IMG/VR virus record: IMGVR_UViG_3300028840_006257 | Location: 149,011 to 213,010 of that record | DNA length: 64,000 nucleotides | Strand: one strand, 5' to 3' | The notes under the pieces: model-generated | The model's input: only the letters and a program-made list of their open reading frames with translations | The model's database searches: none | What the model was told of the DNA's origin: nothing | Position numbers and translations under genes: made by a program | Part shown: piece after piece, positions 9,360 through 19,402 of the stretch | How the letters are laid out: every line of letters starts with the position of its first letter | Position numbering within the stretch: the first letter of the stretch is position 1

Positions 9360-10648
9360 CGGTCGAACCCGCGGTGATCAGGCGTCCTCTGGGTGACCGG
9401 GCCCGGACGGCGATCCTCTACTACGGTGCGAGCTGTCTCGAGACCCTGCGCTGTCTGGCGGACGAGTCGGTCCACTGCTGCGTGACTTCTCCTCCTTACT
9501 GGGGGCTCCGGGACTACGGGACCGAGGAAGATCAGATTGGGCTCGAGGAGAGGCCGGAGAAGTACGTCGATAACCTGCTGAACGTGTTTCGTGAAGTCCG
9601 GCGCGTCCTCCGAGACGATGGAACCGTGTGGCTCAACCTCGGCGATTCGTACGCACGGGGGCGTACAGGACGGGATGATGCGGGACGCACGGTGGCAAAG
9701 AAGGACGCCTGGAAGGACACGATGCCACACGAGCGCCGTGATCGTGGCATCCCTCAAGGCCTGAAGAACAAGGACCTCGTGGGCATCCCGTGGATGGTGG
9801 CGTTCGCCCTGAGGGCCGACGGGTGGTACCTCAGGTCGGACATCGTCTGGGCCAAGTCGATCAGCGGAGACACGCGGACGGGTACCTGCATGCCCGAGTC
9901 GGTAACCGACAGGCCCACGCAGTCCAAGGAGTACGTCTTCCTCCTGTCGAAGTCCCCGACCTACTTCTTCGACATGGATGCGGTACGGGAACCCCACACG
10001 ATGCGCCCACAGGCGCGTCCATCGGGCCACAAGCGCGGGAGACCGGGACCCCTCTTGCCGGAGCACACCTGGTCTGGGACTGCTCGCAACGGGCCCGGCA
10101 TCGACGGCGACCTCTCCGGTCGCAATCTCCGGTCCGTCTGGCACCTGAACCCCAAGCCTTATCCGGGGGCCCACTTCGCAGTCTTTCCTCCGACGTTGCC
10201 CCGTCTCTGCATCCTCGCAGGCACGTCCGAACGGGGTTGTTGTCCCATGTGTGGGACGCCCTGGGTTCGGGAGGTCGAGCGCTCTTCCATGAAGGTGCGG
10301 GAAGGCCCTGGACGAGCCGGCCTCATGGGTGCCTCGACTACCGCCACCTCGCGGACGGCCTGCACCGGGACCGTCACGGAAGCACCCGTTTATCGCATGC
10401 TAGGATGGCGCCCGACCTGCGGGTGTCCCGAGCACGAGCCGGTCCCGTGCGTCGTGCTCGACCCATTCTCCGGCAGCGGGACGACGGGGATGGTCGCCCT
10501 CGATCACGGACGCAACATCGTGGGACTGGACCTGAACGGAGACTATCTCGAGCTCGCTAGGGCTCGGATCCTCGGTGAACCCGTGCCAGATCCGCACGAG
10601 GAGGACGACCTCGGGATCTTGAATTTCCTGGGAGTAGAAGATCCGTGA
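9356..10648 (+). CDS. N4C/N6A DNA methyltransferase (beta class)
   Basis: VTSPPYWGLRDY, HFAVFP, DPFSGSGTT. Confidence 0.92.
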   Translation: MTVEPAVIRRPLGDRARTAILYYGASCLETLRCLADESVHCCVTSPPYWGLRDYGTEEDQIGLEERPEKYVDNLLNVFREVRRVLRDDGTVWLNLGDSYARGRTGRDDAGRTVAKKDAWKDTMPHERRDRGIPQGLKNKDLVGIPWMVAFALRADGWYLRSDIVWAKSISGDTRTGTCMPESVTDRPTQSKEYVFLLSKSPTYFFDMDAVREPHTMRPQARPSGHKRGRPGPLLPEHTWSGTARNGPGIDGDLSGRNLRSVWHLNPKPYPGAHFAVFPPTLPRLCILAGTSERGCCPMCGTPWVREVERSSMKVREGPGRAGLMGASTTATSRTACTGTVTEAPVYRMLGWRPTCGCPEHEPVPCVVLDPFSGSGTTGMVALDHGRNIVGLDLNGDYLELARARILGEPVPDPHEEDDLGILNFLGVEDP

Positions 10649-11535
10649 GCCGGGAGTACGCCAGGCCGGACTGCATCCACTGTCGGGGCAGCGGGTTCAT
10701 CTACGGCGAGTCCATGTTGGACGGAGGGCACTACTGCGAGTGCACCTTCGACGGGATGCGCCTGGAGAACATGGAGAAGGTGTGGAGGCCGCTTCCGGCC
10801 GCGCGTGAGATTCCTGGCCTTCGGCAGAGGGCGCCTCTGCGGCAGCTCGTGGGCACGGACGTCTGGATAACGGCCAAGACTCCCGTCTTCCAGGCGCACC
10901 TCAAGGCGGTCGCGTTCAGCTGTCCCACGATGTGGGACTGCCGGGTGTTCTCCGACAAGGACCTCCTGACCGCGTGGCTCAACACGGCCCGAGCACAGGG
11001 GCACAAGATCTACGACGCCGAGGTCGAGGCCATGCGCATCGGGGCGATGGACGTCGATGAGCTGGTCGAGCCGCCCGAACTCGTCATCCTCGTGCTCGGT
11101 GTCAAGCAGGCCCCGAACAAGGAGACGCCTAGCGTCCTGCTCGAGGCCATCGGGGTGCGACGGCATCTCGGAAAACCCACCTGGCTCGTGGATCAACCCG
11201 ATCATCCCGTCGATCAGATGAGGCATCTCTGCTACAGCGAGACGCTCGAGATGTGGCTCTCTCACTGGCCGCACCTCGAGCTGCACGGCCCGAACGTGAA
11301 AGTCGTCGGCGGCGTGGTCGAGAAACCCTCAGCCGCGGCGGAGACGGATCCTGAGGAGATCGTCGAGCCGTCGGACGAGGCCGAGGAGCAAGTCGAGGAG
11401 GCGCTCGAGGACCTGGACGGGGCCGAGTCGGCGACGACGAACTTCATGGACGAGATCCTCCAGAACGAGGAGGCTCAGGAGAAGAAGGCGCGGAGAAAGT
11501 CGTTCTCCCAGAGGAAGAAGGGAGGGCGTTCGTGA
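10645..11535 (+). CDS. Zn-finger protein, degenerate DnaC/IstB-like helicase loader
   Basis: CxxC...CxC N-terminus; PELVILVLG resembles a decayed Walker B; directly upstream of the helicase. Confidence 0.5.
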   Translation: MSREYARPDCIHCRGSGFIYGESMLDGGHYCECTFDGMRLENMEKVWRPLPAAREIPGLRQRAPLRQLVGTDVWITAKTPVFQAHLKAVAFSCPTMWDCRVFSDKDLLTAWLNTARAQGHKIYDAEVEAMRIGAMDVDELVEPPELVILVLGVKQAPNKETPSVLLEAIGVRRHLGKPTWLVDQPDHPVDQMRHLCYSETLEMWLSHWPHLELHGPNVKVVGGVVEKPSAAAETDPEEIVEPSDEAEEQVEEALEDLDGAESATTNFMDEILQNEEAQEKKARRKSFSQRKKGGRS

Positions 11536-13100
11536 AGAACCTGCTGCGCTCGTGCTTCCTCGCCGACCCGACGGACAGCGCCGAGCTGCACGCCCAGAAC
11601 TACCACGCGATGGTGGACTCGGGCCTCGGCTTCGAGCTGCCCGAGGACAACATCATCTGGGCGTTCGTCCAGGACTTCTTCAAGAGCCACGGGCACGTCC
11701 CCCTCGTCCAGTCGATCCGGTCGCACTACGAGGCCGTCCACGAGAACGACGTGGTCGACCGCCTCGAGCGACTCGCGATGATCAAGCCCAGGACTCGGGG
11801 CGACTTCCTCACCTACCTCGAGGAGAAGGCCAGGGACCGTCGCAACCGGGTCGTGCTCGAGCTCGCCAAGGAGATGACCCAGATCACCTCTACCGGGCTG
11901 GAGGTCAAGGGTCCGCGCGGGAAGTCCGAGAAGCTGTTCGGGGCGATCGACGCTATCCGTCACGTGCTCGACCGCAGCCACGACATCGTGGCCCCCACGC
12001 TCGGGACCAAGCTGTCGGGAAACCTGATGCAGGACGGCGACGACTTCATGGCGCGGTACGATCGCGTGAAGGCGGACCCGAAGTACGGCATCGGGCAGTA
12101 CTGCGGGATCGCCCAGATCGACGCCGCGATGAACGGCGCCAAGCGCTACGAGCTATGGGTCCACGCCGGGTTCACGGGCGCCCTGAAGTCCACGACGGGG
12201 CTCCACTGGGCCTACATCCAGGCGGTCTACTACGGCTTCTCGACGGTCTACTTCTCGCTCGAGATGCCGTACCTCCAGTGCCGCAACATGATCTACACGA
12301 TGCACAGCGCGCACGAGGACTTCAAGCCCGTGCGCGAGGAGCTGGGAATCGAGGGCATCGGGCTCGACTACGAGAGGGTCCGCGACGGAAACCTCGCCCC
12401 GAACGAGGAGAGGTTCCTGCGCGAGTACGTCGTGCCCTCGCTGAACAAGCAGCGGGTCGTCCCGCCCCGGGGCAGGCACGCCCTGGATCCCCGAGACTAC
12501 GGGGACATCCACATCGAGGTCGCCGATCCCGACAAGACCGACTTCACGGTCCCGGACCTGCGCGCCAAGGCCGAGCTGATCTTCTCCAAGACGCCGTTCT
12601 CCATGATCGTCGTGGACCACGGCGGCCTCATGAGTGCGAGGCAGCGGTACTCGAACACGACCGAGAAGCTCAACGAGGTCGTGCGCGACCTCAAGCGGCT
12701 GGCGATGAGCTTCAACCGCGGCATGGGCATCGCCATCCTCCTCCTGTTCCAGATTAACCGCGAGGGCTACAAGCAGGCCGAGAAGAACGGCGGCCGCTAC
12801 AACCTCGCGGCCCTCGCCTACGCGAACGAGTGCGAGAGGAGTGCCGACGTGGTGACGGCGACCTGGATCGACGACGCCCTCCGCAAGATGAACCGGGCCG
12901 TCTTCCAGTGCCTCAAGTCACGCGATCAGAAGCCGTTCGACCGGATCCCGGTGAAGGTCGAGTTCTCGTGCAGGCGCCTTCTGACGGACAAGACGACCTC
13001 GATCGAGGAGATCGACCAGAAGATGAGGGACGCGAGAGGTGATGCCCCGCGCATCGTCGAGTCGAGTCAGCAGGTTCCCGACCTGGGGTTGCAGACATGA
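11532..13100 (+). CDS. DnaB-like replicative helicase
   Basis: AGFTGALKST, YFSLEM, IVVDH, LFQINREG, ERSADVV. Confidence 0.88.
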   Translation: MKNLLRSCFLADPTDSAELHAQNYHAMVDSGLGFELPEDNIIWAFVQDFFKSHGHVPLVQSIRSHYEAVHENDVVDRLERLAMIKPRTRGDFLTYLEEKARDRRNRVVLELAKEMTQITSTGLEVKGPRGKSEKLFGAIDAIRHVLDRSHDIVAPTLGTKLSGNLMQDGDDFMARYDRVKADPKYGIGQYCGIAQIDAAMNGAKRYELWVHAGFTGALKSTTGLHWAYIQAVYYGFSTVYFSLEMPYLQCRNMIYTMHSAHEDFKPVREELGIEGIGLDYERVRDGNLAPNEERFLREYVVPSLNKQRVVPPRGRHALDPRDYGDIHIEVADPDKTDFTVPDLRAKAELIFSKTPFSMIVVDHGGLMSARQRYSNTTEKLNEVVRDLKRLAMSFNRGMGIAILLLFQINREGYKQAEKNGGRYNLAALAYANECERSADVVTATWIDDALRKMNRAVFQCLKSRDQKPFDRIPVKVEFSCRRLLTDKTTSIEEIDQKMRDARGDAPRIVESSQQVPDLGLQT

Positions 13101-13807
13101 GCCGCGTCGTTAAACTCTGGAAGGGAGACTGCCTGGAGCGGCTGCTCGAGATCCCAGACGGCACCGTTGGCGCCTTCATCTGCGATCCTCCCTACGACCT
13201 GACTCAGGCGAGTCGGCGAGGAAGCCCGCGACCGCCAGGATCGGGGCCCTTCGGGCGGCACACGCTGGCCACCCACGGACACGACCGCGGAGTCGGGTCC
13301 TCGGGGGGTTTCATGGGGAAGACGTGGGACGCGACGGGCATCGCGTTCGATCCCGAGTTCTGGCACCTCGCGTTCCGCAAGCTATGTCCCGGCGGCGTCG
13401 TCAAGGCATTCGGTGGGACCAGGACGCACCATCGGATGCTCCGCGTGGTCGAGCAGGCCGGCTTCGTGGACGCGTGCCTTGAGGCGTGGGTATACGGGTC
13501 TGGTTTTCCGAAATCGACGAACATCTCGAAGCAGATCGACCGGCGAGCAGGGGCACCGCGCGAGGTCGTCGGCTACAAGCGGGGAGTAGGGGGAGAGAAC
13601 CTGAACGATCTGGTGCGGGGCTCGGAGATTCGACAGACGACGGACGCTGGCGGCCGGGGAATGGGCGCCTACGGCACGGGGGCGAGGCAGGTCCCCGTGG
13701 ACGTGCCCGTGACCGTGCCCACGACCGAGCTGGCGAAGCTGTGGTCTGAGTATGGAACCGCGCTCAAGCCGGCTTGGGAACCAGTTGTGATCGCCAGAAA
13801 ACCATGA
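13097..13807 (+). CDS. N-terminal (catalytic DPPY) half of a beta-class adenine methyltransferase
   Basis: GDCLE, ICDPPY, GFMGKTWD, WVYGSGFPKS, ends GTALKPAWEPVVIARKP; no FxGxG. Confidence 0.85.
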   Translation: MSRVVKLWKGDCLERLLEIPDGTVGAFICDPPYDLTQASRRGSPRPPGSGPFGRHTLATHGHDRGVGSSGGFMGKTWDATGIAFDPEFWHLAFRKLCPGGVVKAFGGTRTHHRMLRVVEQAGFVDACLEAWVYGSGFPKSTNISKQIDRRAGAPREVVGYKRGVGGENLNDLVRGSEIRQTTDAGGRGMGAYGTGARQVPVDVPVTVPTTELAKLWSEYGTALKPAWEPVVIARKP

Positions 13808-14298
13808 GCAAAAGAACGAAAAGAAGGCACACATCACGTCCAACAACGCTGACGTGTGCCAATGCGTTGTGCGGGAAAGAATTCCAATCCTACGAAGGAC
13901 CGGCGCATCTCAAGCGAAGCAAACGGCACTACTGTTGTCGGTCGTGTCAGAACACGACCCATGGTCTGGGGGGCACCGAGCGCCATAAGATCTGGGAACG
14001 CCTCAGGAAACGGGCACGGCAGCAAAAAATCCCGTTTGAACTCACCGTGCACGACATCCCGGAAATCCCGGTACGATGTCCCGTTTTGGGCATCGAGATC
14101 AAGGCAAACTCCGAGGCTGGTCCTCTGGATACCAGTCCTTCGGTCGACAAAATCAACCCGTCCCAAGGGTATGTCCCCGGCAACATCCGCATCATCAGCA
14201 ACAGGGCTAACCGTATTCGCTCAGATGCCACGGCAGAGGAACTCTACAAAATCGCCCAAGATGCCGAGACATTGGAGGCCCGTAAAGCGGCGAGGTAA
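13804..14298 (+). CDS. free-standing HNH-type endonuclease
   Basis: CPVLG...PSVDKINPSQGYVPGNIRIISNRAN; N-terminal Cys cluster; lower GC. Confidence 0.75.
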   Translation: MSKRTKRRHTSRPTTLTCANALCGKEFQSYEGPAHLKRSKRHYCCRSCQNTTHGLGGTERHKIWERLRKRARQQKIPFELTVHDIPEIPVRCPVLGIEIKANSEAGPLDTSPSVDKINPSQGYVPGNIRIISNRANRIRSDATAEELYKIAQDAETLEARKAAR

Positions 14299-14307
14299 GG
14301 TGAAGAC

Positions 14308-15099
14308 ATGCCGAACAGGCGACAGTTTCTGCAGATGCTCGGCCTCGGAGGAGCCTCCCTGGCCGTGTCCGCCGCCGTCGAGGCGAGCCCCATCGTCCCG
14401 CTGTTCTCGGGACGTGAAAGCAAGGTCTGGAGGCCCGAGCATGCCAGTTTGACGCGGAGTCACCTCGTCCTCACGCGTCCGAAGGAAACGTCGTGGACGC
14501 AATCTCCCACTCCCCGAGGCGCTCTTCTGGGCATCCAGCGGCTCGGCAAGAAGCGGTGGCCCATCGTGGGAGGAATGCGCCTTCCGATGATCGATGACGC
14601 GGAAATCTGGTCCTCACCATGGAGGACGCGTCCTGAATCCGCCTTTTCCAACATCCGCGATGTCAAAGTCTTGCTGGAGAAGGGCGACGATCCGCACGAG
14701 GCGTTCTACCGAGCCGCGATGAAGATGCGAGACGAGTTCGCCACGCAGTCGCGTCGGCGATTTGCCCAGGTTCCCGAGCCCCGACGACCCTACTCCCTGC
14801 TCGTCACCCTCGTGGACACTCCCATCTTCGCGGGTCCGTTGACCACTCCGGGGCCCTACGAGCCGGAAGACGCCGAGCGAGGTTTCTACCTCGAGATCAG
14901 CTACACTCCGCACCTCGTCGAGAACGGAGATCTCGAGCTCAACGGCTGGGGAATCTACTCCGAGAACGGCGAGTATCCGATAGAGGTTCCGACCGACGTG
15001 GACTTCGACCGCCTCCTGACCCTCGACCGCCTCGTTCTCGCGGGGGACGCCGATCCCCTCAGGTTCGCGGGCAAGCTGATCTCGGCCGCGCAGGATTGA
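14308..15099 (+). CDS. hypothetical protein with twin-arginine (Tat)-like signal
   Basis: MPNRRQFLQMLGLGGASLAVSAAVEA. Confidence 0.65.
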   Translation: MPNRRQFLQMLGLGGASLAVSAAVEASPIVPLFSGRESKVWRPEHASLTRSHLVLTRPKETSWTQSPTPRGALLGIQRLGKKRWPIVGGMRLPMIDDAEIWSSPWRTRPESAFSNIRDVKVLLEKGDDPHEAFYRAAMKMRDEFATQSRRRFAQVPEPRRPYSLLVTLVDTPIFAGPLTTPGPYEPEDAERGFYLEISYTPHLVENGDLELNGWGIYSENGEYPIEVPTDVDFDRLLTLDRLVLAGDADPLRFAGKLISAAQD

Positions 15100-15102
15100 T
15101 CC

Positions 15103-17661
15103 ATGCGCATCGTGACGATGACGCGCAAGCCGTGCTCAGGTGGCAGCGCGACGAACAACGTCATCGGGCACCAGGCGGGAGCGCTGAACATCGACGGCTG
15201 CCGCGTCGGGTACCTGTCCACGCGAGATTTTCGGGAGACGGTTAGCCGCAATCCGGGCACAGATCGCCGATTCGTCTCGAACCTGTACGACACACAGAGC
15301 AAGACGAGGCCGATGCAGAGAGTGGACACGTCGGGAAGGTGGCCCGCGAACGTCGTGCTCGTCCACCGCCCAGAGTGTCATCATGTCGGCGCCGTCGCCG
15401 GACCTGGCTACACGATCAACCGCTGGACCGACGGGGCCAAGCCCTTCGGGGGCGGTGCGGGCCACGAGTACGAGAGCAAAGAACGGTCCGAGGAGCGCAT
15501 CCCCGTCTGGGATTGCGTGGATTCCTGCGCTGTGGGGAAAATGGACGAACAGAGCGGGGTTTCTCGAAGCGGTGCCATGAGGCGGTACGTCGGCGCCTAC
15601 GAGGGCGACTCCGTAACGGGATTTCTCCGTGGAAATTCAGGGCCGCACAACCAGAGGGATGATGTGGGAACCGCGGCCCGCTTTTTCAAGCAGGTGCAGA
15701 GCGAGGAGGACGCCATGAGCAACGTCCCACGGGAACTCTGGGACTACCTCTACACGATGATCGCGCCGCCACTCAGCTGCGAACCCATCATCATCATGGA
15801 CGCCGACCTGGCGGCCCTCGACCTCTCGCAGTTCGAGGACTCCTCCGTCCACGGCATGATCACGGTCGGGAACCCGGAGCTCTACATGAAGGAGATCGAC
15901 CGGGTGCTCAAGCCAGGGGCACACCTTCTCCTGATCGCCCCCGACACTGAGCCGACGGGACACACGGGAGCCTGTGCCGTGGAGGACTTCGGCTACGAGA
16001 TACGCGATGCCATCGCCCTCCTGGATGCTCCCGCCGAGTTCCACTACGTCGCGAAGGCGAGCACGAGCGAGCGCAACGCGGGCGTCCCCGAGTTCAGGCG
16101 CACGGTCGAGGTCGCGCGGCTGTTCCCGGCGGACGGCGTGGACGTCGAGGACCTCGCGGAGGACATGGCCGAACACCTCGAGGAGGAGCAGGCGCGCACG
16201 TGGCTTGAGGAGGGGCTGCCTCCGCACGCGGTGCCCGAAGATTTGAAGGACAAGTTCGTGGAGCGCAAGGTCAGCGTCGAGAAGGTGCGCCGCAACGATC
16301 ACCCTTGTTTGCATCCTGATGACTTAGTGATGACCGCGAGGGGGTACCGGCCGTTGACGGAGGTTCAAACGGGGGATCTCGTATACTCGCAGGACGGTAG
16401 GTTCCACGTTATCGAGGAGGTCACCCGTCATCCGTATGCAGGCCCCTGTCTTTACGAGATCAGGGTGATCGGAACTAACTACACGACGAGAGCGAGCAAC
16501 AACCACCCTTTCCTGGTCTGGCGGCCCGTGCGCGAGAGACGGTACATCCTGGGGGGGCACGTTCTGTGGCTTGATGCGGCAGATGTCCAACGAGGGGATT
16601 ACACGATGACTCCGATCATGGAGGACGAGCCTCTTGGAGACGGGCGCTCGGAGGAGTTGGCGGCACGAGCCGACGACGAAGAGTTCTGGTTCATGTTTGG
16701 TCTCTACCTGGCCGAAGGTTCAATCCATACTGCCGGGCCCGGGAAAGCCGCCTATCCGTCCTATGGATTGGGCGACCATGAGGACGATTTGCATCTGCGG
16801 ATTGACGAGTACTTCGCACATGTCAAAGTCGGAATCTATGAGAAGGAATCGGGTACCGCCGTCGCAATCATTCCTTTTGATGCTGAGGCAGGACGAATTT
16901 TCCTCTGGCTCGGGGGAAAGGGAGCCGCGACTAAGAGTCTTCGTCCTGAGTTCTGGAGTCTCTCTCGGAGCGCACGAGAGGCAGTTTACGAGGGTTACAT
17001 GGCCGGAGACGGAGGAGACGTCAGGAATCACAGGCAGTGCAAAACAGTATCGCAGGACCTCGCCTCTCAGATGTGGCTTCTTTCCGAGGGACTGGGCTAC
17101 AAGGCCAATCTGTTCCGGTACCCCGGAACGCCAGGTGGGATTGGAGATCGCGTCTTCAAGAGTGTAAGCCCTGAGCATCAGATGCACTTTTATAGTCGGA
17201 ATCAGGCGCTCCAAAGGCGACAGCCTTCCAGGCCCACGCATCTTGAGCATGAAGGTCGACGGTATCTTCTGCGCTACGTCAAGGAAGTCCGAGAAGTCCC
17301 CTACGAGGGAGACGTGATGAACCTCAGCGTGGAGGGGTCTCCGACTTTCATGACACCTGTCGGGATGACCCACAACACCTGCAAACCCGTCGGCGTGATG
17401 GAACGGCTCCTCGCCGACGTCCCCAAGGACGCCCTCGTGGTCGATCCGTTCGTGGGTTCGGGCACGACCGGCATCGCGTGTCTCAGGACGGGACATGACT
17501 TCGTCGGCATCGAGCAGGACGCCGAGTACCTGAAGATCGCGGACCAGCGAATCCGGTACTGGGATCGAGCGGAGGCCGCGTGGCAGAACGCTGAGATCGA
17601 GAGCGAGGCCGAGCTCGAGGAGGACGAGCCGATGACTCTTGAGGACCTGTTCGGAGGCTAG
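15103..17661 (+). CDS. methyltransferase middle module fused to SAM-binding C-terminal half, with intein (possible internal start at 15715)
   Basis: RKP..GALNIDGCRV..GRWPANV..AARFF; AKAS..ERN..NDHP|TCKP; DPFVGSGTT; DPPY absent. Confidence 0.8.
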   Translation: MRIVTMTRKPCSGGSATNNVIGHQAGALNIDGCRVGYLSTRDFRETVSRNPGTDRRFVSNLYDTQSKTRPMQRVDTSGRWPANVVLVHRPECHHVGAVAGPGYTINRWTDGAKPFGGGAGHEYESKERSEERIPVWDCVDSCAVGKMDEQSGVSRSGAMRRYVGAYEGDSVTGFLRGNSGPHNQRDDVGTAARFFKQVQSEEDAMSNVPRELWDYLYTMIAPPLSCEPIIIMDADLAALDLSQFEDSSVHGMITVGNPELYMKEIDRVLKPGAHLLLIAPDTEPTGHTGACAVEDFGYEIRDAIALLDAPAEFHYVAKASTSERNAGVPEFRRTVEVARLFPADGVDVEDLAEDMAEHLEEEQARTWLEEGLPPHAVPEDLKDKFVERKVSVEKVRRNDHPCLHPDDLVMTARGYRPLTEVQTGDLVYSQDGRFHVIEEVTRHPYAGPCLYEIRVIGTNYTTRASNNHPFLVWRPVRERRYILGGHVLWLDAADVQRGDYTMTPIMEDEPLGDGRSEELAARADDEEFWFMFGLYLAEGSIHTAGPGKAAYPSYGLGDHEDDLHLRIDEYFAHVKVGIYEKESGTAVAIIPFDAEAGRIFLWLGGKGAATKSLRPEFWSLSRSAREAVYEGYMAGDGGDVRNHRQCKTVSQDLASQMWLLSEGLGYKANLFRYPGTPGGIGDRVFKSVSPEHQMHFYSRNQALQRRQPSRPTHLEHEGRRYLLRYVKEVREVPYEGDVMNLSVEGSPTFMTPVGMTHNTCKPVGVMERLLADVPKDALVVDPFVGSGTTGIACLRTGHDFVGIEQDAEYLKIADQRIRYWDRAEAAWQNAEIESEAELEEDEPMTLEDLFGG
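16306..17376 (+). mobile_element. intein with LAGLIDADG endonuclease (357 aa) in the methyltransferase HP|T motif
   Basis: Begins CLHPDDLV, NNHPF, FGLYLAEG and EGYMAGDG, ends GMTHN|T. Confidence 0.92.
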
Positions 17662-17664
17662 GCC

Positions 17665-18312
17665 ATGCGCGTCGTGACGGTGGCCCGAAAGCCGTGTTCG
17701 GAGAGCAGCACGGTGCGGAACGTGGTCAGGCACCAGGCGGGTGCGATCAACGTCGACGGCACGCGAGTCGCCGGACCTGCGTGGGTTCGGAGCACGGAGA
17801 CGCTCGAGGACATCCGAGGAGGCCGGTATGGGGCCGCATCGAAGGACCGGATCGTGACGGAACCTCGAGAGATGCCCGAGGGAGGGCGCTGGCCCTGCAA
17901 CGTCGTTTTCGTGCACCGTCCCACGTGCCAGGCCGTCGGGACGCGGAAGGTCTCGACCGGGACCGCCGTCCGACGCAACGTGGGGCACTCGACCAGGGGC
18001 CTGATCAGCTACGCGCGAGGAACCAAGGACGCCGAGATGAAGGACGACGTGACCTACGGCGAGAGAGACGGGAAGGAGACGGTGCTCGACTGGCGCTGCG
18101 AGTCCGGCTGTCCCGTGGCCGAACTGGACCGACAGAGCGGGTTTCTCGCCTCAGGAGCGGGGGCCGTCAAGCGGGCGAGCTCGCAGGACCGAGAGGATAA
18201 CAGGAGCGCGACCTACGGCGCCGAGAACCGTCGGGACGGCGAGCCCCAGGTCTGCTACGGAGATAGCGGGGGTGCCTCCCGGTTCTTCCGGCACTTCAAG
18301 GCCAGCTCCTGA
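17665..18312 (+). CDS. stand-alone paralog of the methyltransferase middle module
   Basis: MRVVTVARKPC..HQAGAINVDGTRV..GRWPCNV..GASRFF is collinear with the N-terminus of 15103-17661. Confidence 0.8.
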   Translation: MRVVTVARKPCSESSTVRNVVRHQAGAINVDGTRVAGPAWVRSTETLEDIRGGRYGAASKDRIVTEPREMPEGGRWPCNVVFVHRPTCQAVGTRKVSTGTAVRRNVGHSTRGLISYARGTKDAEMKDDVTYGERDGKETVLDWRCESGCPVAELDRQSGFLASGAGAVKRASSQDREDNRSATYGAENRRDGEPQVCYGDSGGASRFFRHFKASS

Positions 18313-18420
18313 TCCCCCGTCGCCCCCTCTTGAGCCTCTGGCATGGTCGGGGACCCCTCCGGCTGGTCCGCACACAGTCGGGCCCTTGAAGGGCGTAAAA
18401 GCAGGGAGGAGGTCGATGGC

Positions 18421-19344
18421 ATGAGCTACACGGAGATGTACGCGGTCCGCGAGGACGGGGAGGTCGTGTCCTTCGCCGAGTTCGCGAACTCGCACGGCGG
18501 CGGCATGGCCGTCTGGCGCATCCTCATCAAGAAGTACTTCGGCGTCACCGGGGTTGGGCTCATAAAGATGATGGACGGCGGCTTCAAGGGACTGTTCGAG
18601 TTCCAGAAGGAAGGCAAACTTCAACCCTGGGAGGACGTGGTGCTGACCACGACCTGCGATAACGTGATCGTCCCCATCGAGTGTGTCGAGACCGTGGCTT
18701 CCGCGATGGAGGTTTTCGACGACACCTACGGGCCCGTCGAGAGGACCGAGCAGCGCGCCTTCTCCATCGGGCAGCAGGCCAAGGAGCTTCGTCGGATGCT
18801 GGCCGAGCGCGAGGAGCACGGCTGGCGAGGCGTCTGCTGGAACCAGACCTCCGTGAACGGAGACGCCCTCTGGTACGGCAGATGGGTCGAGTGTTCCGAG
18901 TGCGATTCCGTGGAGAGGGAACACGACGAGGAGGGGGAGAACGTTCCGTACAACGTCGACGAGCATGACGACCACTGGTTCTACAAGCCCGAGAGGATCG
19001 AGGGCGGATACGCGAGACCCAGGTCGAGCAAGGAGAGCGTCTACGACGAGCGGATTTCGCCGCTCATGACGGAGATTTTGAAGGTCTGCAAGGAGCACGG
19101 GATCAACATGGCCGCGACGTTCTCCCTCGACCCGTGCCAGGACGAGGAGAGCGAGAGCTACGGTGAGCCTCTCCTGTGCACTTCGGTCCTCGCGGTCGAC
19201 GAGGCCGACGCCGCGGGTTTCGCGCTCGTGAACAACGTCCGACGCGTCGTACGCGACGGTTGGAAGGTCCAAGGGCCGCTCACGACGACCATGACCATCC
19301 TTTCGCGCGACCCGCGCGGCTCCGGGGAGGACGGGGGCGAATGA
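18421..19344 (+). CDS. hypothetical protein
   Basis: GGAGGAGG RBS; typical codon usage. Confidence 0.7.
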   Translation: MSYTEMYAVREDGEVVSFAEFANSHGGGMAVWRILIKKYFGVTGVGLIKMMDGGFKGLFEFQKEGKLQPWEDVVLTTTCDNVIVPIECVETVASAMEVFDDTYGPVERTEQRAFSIGQQAKELRRMLAEREEHGWRGVCWNQTSVNGDALWYGRWVECSECDSVEREHDEEGENVPYNVDEHDDHWFYKPERIEGGYARPRSSKESVYDERISPLMTEILKVCKEHGINMAATFSLDPCQDEESESYGEPLLCTSVLAVDEADAAGFALVNNVRRVVRDGWKVQGPLTTTMTILSRDPRGSGEDGGE

Positions 19345-19402
19345 GGCGCGTCTGCGCGCCCCGGAGCGTGTAAAAACTTCACGATCATCGTGCAGAGAGC
19401 GT

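Noticed and set aside
13804-15102. Self-splicing intron rejoining the methyltransferase halves
   Set aside because: No recognisable group I or II core; the interval is filled by two ORFs; both halves contain the RKP segment and have their own stop and start.
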